Program-made: the position numbers and the translations under genes | The notes under the pieces: model-generated | Database searches by the model: none | What the model saw: only the letters and a program-made list of their open reading frames with translations | Told to the model about the DNA's origin: nothing | Shown: positions 59,601-64,000 of the stretch, one piece after another | How positions within the stretch are numbered: the first letter of the stretch is position 1 | How the letters are laid out: the number at the start of each line of letters is the position of its first letter | Assembly: GCA_964016885.1 (NCBI GenBank) | Contig: OZ024759.1 | Location: 620,001 to 684,000, forward strand | Direction of reading: 5' to 3' | Source: Eledone cirrhosa | Taxonomy: Eukaryota | Length of the DNA stretch: 64,000 bases

Positions 59601-62600
59601 TAACATGACAGTCTATATTAGTAACATAACAAAGTCTATATTAGTAACATGACAGTCTATATTGTAACATGACACAGTCTATATTAGTAACATGACACAG
59701 TCTATATTAGTAACATGACATAGTCTATATTAGTAACATGACAAAGTCTATATTAGTAACAAGACAGTCTATATTGTAACACGACACAGTCTATATTAGT
59801 AATATGACACAGTCTATATTAGAAACATGACAGTCTATATTAGTAACATGACAAAGTCTATATTAGTAACATGACAAAGTCTATATTAGTAGCATGACAC
59901 AGTCTATATTAGTAACATGACACAGTCTATATTAGTAACATGACAGTCTATATTAGTAACATGACAACGTCTATATTAGTAGCATGACAAAGTCTATATT
60001 AGTAACATGACACAGTCTATATTAGTAACATGACAGTCTATATTAGTAACATGACACAGTCTATATTAGTAACATGACAAAGTCTATATTAGTAGCATGA
60101 CAAAGTCTATATTAGTAACATGACAGTCTATATTAGTAACATGACAAAGTCTATATTAGTAGCATGACAAAGTCTATATTAGTAACATGACAAAGTCTAT
60201 ATTAGTAACATGAAACAGTCTATATTAGTAACATGACAAAGTCTATATTAGTAACATGACACTGTCTATATTAGTAACTTGACAAAGTCTATATTAGTAA
60301 CATGACACAGTCTATATTAGTAACATGACACAGTCTATATTAGTAACATGACAAAGTCTATATTAGTAGCATGACAAAGTCTATATTAGTAACATGACAA
60401 AGTCTATATTAGTAACATGACACAGTCTATATTAGTAAAATGACAAAGACTATATTAGTAACATGACACAGTCTATATTAGTAACATGACAAAGTCTATA
60501 TTAGTAACATGACAGTCTATATTAGTAACATGACAGTCTATATTAGTAGCATGACAAAGTCTATATTAGTAACATGACAAAGTCATATTAGTAACATGAC
60601 ACAGTCTATATTAGTAACATGACAAAGTCTATATTAGTAACATGACACAGTCTATATTAGTAACATGACACAGTCTATATTAGTAACATGACACAGTCTA
60701 TATTAGTAACATGACAAAGTCTATATTAGTAACATGACACAGTTTATATTAGTAACATGACACAGTCTATATTAGTAACATGATATAGTCTATATTAGTA
60801 ACATGACAAAGTCTATATTAGTAACATGACAGTCTATATTGTAACATGACACAGTCTATATTAGTAACATGACACAGTCTATATTAGTAACATGACAGTC
60901 TATATTAGTAACATGACAAAGTCTATATTAGTAACAAGACAAAGTCTATATTAGTAACATGACAAAGTCTATATTAGTAACATGACATAGTCTATATTAG
61001 TAGCATGACACAGTCTATATTAGTAACATGACAGAGTCTATATTAGTAACATGACAGTCTATATTAGTAACATGACAAAGTCTATATTAGTAGCATGACA
61101 AAGTCTATATTAGTAACATGACACAGTCTATATTAGTAACATGACAATCTATATTAGTAACATGACACAGTCTATATTAGTAACATGACAAAGTCTATAT
61201 TAGTAACATGACAAAGTCTATATTAGTAACATGACACAGTCTATATTAGTAACATGACACAGTCTATATTAATAACATGACAAAGTCTATATTAGTAACA
61301 TGACACAGTCTATATTAGTAACATGACATAGTCTATATTAGTAACGTGACACAGTCTATATTAGTAACATGACAAAGTCTATATTAGTAGCATGACAAAG
61401 TCTATATTAGTAACATGACAAAGTCTATATTAGTAACATGACACGGTCTATATTAGTAACATGACAAAGTCTATATTAGTAACATGACAAAGTCTATATT
61501 AGTAACATGACAGTCTATATTAGTAACATGACAAAGTCTCTATTAGTAACATGACAAAGTCTATATTAGTAACATGACAGTCTATATTAGTAACATAACA
61601 AAGTCTATATTAGTAACATGACAGTCTATATTGTAACATGACACAGTCTATATTAGTAACATGACACAGTCTATATTAGTAACATGACATAGTCTATATT
61701 AGTAACATGACAAAGTCTATATTAGTAACAAGACAGTCTATATTGTAACACGACACAGTCTATATTAGTAATATGACACAGTCTATATTAGAAACATGAC
61801 AGTCTATATTAGTAACATGACAAAGTCTATATTAGTAACATGACAAAGTCTATATTAGTAGCATGACACAGTCTATATTAGTAACATGACACAGTCTATA
61901 TTAGTAACATGACAGTCTATATTAGTAACATGACAACGTCTATATTAGTAGCATGACAAAGTCTATATTAGTAACATGACACAGTCTATATTAGTAACAT
62001 GACAGTCTATATTAGTAACATGACACAGTCTATATTAGTAACATGACAAAGTCTATATTAGTAGCATGACAAAGTCTATATTAGTAACATGACAGTCTAT
62101 ATTAGTAACATGACAAAGTCTATATTAGTAGCATGACAAAGTCTATATTAGTAGCATGACACAGTCTAAATTAGTAACATGACACAGTCTATATTAGTAA
62201 CATGACACAGTCTATATTAGTAACATGACAAAGTCTATATTAGTAGCATGACAAAGTCTATATTAGTAACATGACAAAGTCAATATTAGTAACATGACAC
62301 AGTCTATATTAGTAACATGACAAAGTCTATATTAGTAACATGACAAAGTCTATATTAGTAACATGAAACAGTCTATATTAGTAACATGACAAAGTCTATA
62401 TTAGTAACATGACACTGTCTATATTAGTAACTTGACAAAGTCTATATTAGTAACATGACACAGTCTATATTAGTAACATGACACAGTCTATATTAGTAAC
62501 ATGACAAAGTCTATATTAGTAGCATGACAAAGTCTATATTAGTAACATGACACAGTCTATATTAGTAACATGACAAAGACTATATTAGTAACATGACAGT

Positions 62601-64000
62601 CTATATTAGTAACATGTCAAAGTCTATATTAGTAACATGACAGTCTATATTAGTAACATGACAGTCTATATTAGTAGCATGACAAAGTCTATATTAGTAA
62701 CATGACAAAGTCTATATTAGTAACATGACACAGTCTATATTAGTAACATGACACAGTCTATATTAGTAACATGACAGTCTATATTAGTAGCATGACAAAG
62801 TCTATATTAATAACATGACACAGTCTATATTAGTAACATGACATAGTCTATATTAGTAACATGACATGGTCTATATTAGTAGCATGACAAAGTCTATATT
62901 AGTAACATGACAAAGTCTATATTAGTCACATGACACAGTCTATATTAGTAACATGACAAAGTCTATATTAGTAACATGACACAGTCTATATTAGTAGCAT
63001 GACAAAGTCTATATTAGTAACATGACACAGTCTATATTAGTAACATGACACAGTCTATATTAGTAACATGACAAAGTCTATATTAGTAACATGACACAGT
63101 CTATATTACTAACATGACAAAGTCTATATTAGTAACATGACACAGTCTATATTAGTAACATGACAAAGTCTATATTAGTAACATGACACAGTCTATATTA
63201 GTAACATGACTCAGTCTATATTAGTAACATGACGCAGTCTATATTAGTAACATGACAAAGTCTATATTAGTAACATGACAAAGTCTATATTAGTAACATG
63301 ACAGTCTATATTGTAACATGACACAGTCTATATTAGTAACATGACACAGTCTATATTAGTAACATGACATAGTCTATATTAGTAACATGACAAAGTCTAT
63401 ATTAGTAACATGACAGTCTATATTGTAACATGACACAGTCTATATTAGTAACATGACACAGTCTATATTAGTAACATGACAAAGTCATATTAGTAACATG
63501 ACACAGTCTATATTAGTAACATGACAAAGGCTATATTAGTAACATGACACAGTCTATATTGGTAACATGACACAGTCTATATTAGTAACATGACAAAGTC
63601 TATATTAGTAACATGACAAAGTCTATTTTAGTAACATGACACAGTCTATATTAGTAACATGACACAGTCTATATTAGTAACATGACATAGTCTATATTAG
63701 TAACATGACAAAGTCTATATTAGTAACATGACAGTCTATATTGTAACATGACACAGTCTATATTAGTAACATGACACAGTCTATATTAGTAACATGACAG
63801 TCTATATTAGTAACATGACAAAGTCTATATTAGTAACATGACAAAGTCTATATTAGTAACATGACAAAGTCTATATTAGTAACATGACAAAGTCTATATT
63901 AGTAACTTGACACAGTCTATATTAGTAACATGACATAGTCTATATTAGTAACATGACAAAGTCTATATTAGTAGCATGACACAGTCTATATTAGTAACAT
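35640..64000. repeat. Right-hand domain built on a ~4-kb higher-order unit with internal duplications and truncations
   Basis: 'gacaatct' at 37102, 41096, 45114, 50486, 55203, 59174 and 61143 (spacings 3994, 4018, 5372, 4717, 3971, 1969). Domain markers are gacaacgtc, gactcag, aacaagacaaag and gtaaaatgacaaagac. Confidence 0.8.

Larger units (their letters stand above)
1..64000. repeat. Tandem satellite DNA array: 23-bp monomer GACA(A/C)AGTCTATATTAGTAACAT with a frequent 21-bp deletion variant, ~2,800 copies, head-to-tail, extending beyond both window ends
   Basis: Read directly: every line consists of this monomer (e.g. 63661-63683 gacacagtctatattagtaacat). Common variants are gacaaag/gacacag/gacag/gacatag and gtaac/gtagc. 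No inversion or foreign insert was seen. Copy number is estimated as 64000 divided by about 22.7. Confidence 0.99.

Noticed and set aside
1-64000. CRISPR array (repeat length of 21-23 bp with a short dyad)
   Set aside because: Repeats abut directly with no unique spacers. The variable part is only 1-3 nt, and there is no leader or cas gene.
1-64000. Repetitive protein-coding ORF (ATG in each monomer)
   Set aside because: Each monomer has TAG-TAA and TGA on the + strand and TAA and TAG on the - strand. The 23-bp period rotates these through all frames, so no reading frame stays open beyond a few monomers.
1-64000. Telomerase-made long telomeric repeat like the 23-bp Candida albicans unit
   Set aside because: The sequence is unrelated and lacks a G-rich strand. 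Variants are copied in kilobase blocks, which indicates recombination or duplication rather than templated addition. A recombination-maintained subtelomeric array is not excluded.
1-64000. Promoter or transcription-factor motifs (TATA-like TATATT, TTGACA in the acttgaca variant, TGACAG TALE-homeodomain core, p53-like ACATG)
   Set aside because: These are short matches expected by chance in an AT-rich monomer and multiplied by repetition. The p53 half-site has three mismatches, and there is no gene to regulate.
1-64000. A digital code or memory written in the order of A/C/deletion monomer variants
   Set aside because: The order is adequately explained by nested duplications, and no writer or reader machinery is visible in the window.
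1-64000. Pure sequencing artefact (rolling-circle or polymerase-slippage concatemer)
   Set aside because: Heritable variants shared in hierarchical, lineage-specific patterns at many different offsets are not expected from a concatemer of one template. Local mis-assembly of individual duplications remains possible.
1-64000. Plasmid or phage iterons, or a hidden inverted segment or mobile-element insertion
   Set aside because: Iteron clusters contain few copies next to a rep gene. No reverse-complement monomer (atgttactaatatagac) or non-repeat sequence was seen on reading through the window.

Overview
The whole 64 kb window is one uninterrupted, single-orientation, AT-rich (about 26-30% GC) tandem satellite array of roughly 2,800 monomers. 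The consensus is the 23-bp GACA(A/C)AGTCTATATTAGTAACAT, with a common 21-bp variant GACAGTCTATATTAGTAACAT. I see no unique sequence, ORF, RNA gene, transposon or CRISPR spacer, and both ends of the array lie outside the window. The information lies in the order of variant monomers. Diagnostic variants reveal nested duplications and higher-order repeats with hand-measured offsets of 136, 433, 770, ~816, 2699, ~3971-4018, 4552, 4602, 5372, 5940 and ~12,540-12,690 bp. They also show a layered layout: a central block (~5-35.5 kb) with its own markers lies between two regions (~1.3-4.9 kb and ~36-64 kb) that share an apparently older ~4-kb monomer order. This looks like eukaryotic satellite DNA (centromeric, pericentromeric or subtelomeric), but I do not recognise the family or organism. 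I found no evidence of a new gene system. Sub-block boundaries are approximate (about +/-100 bp).
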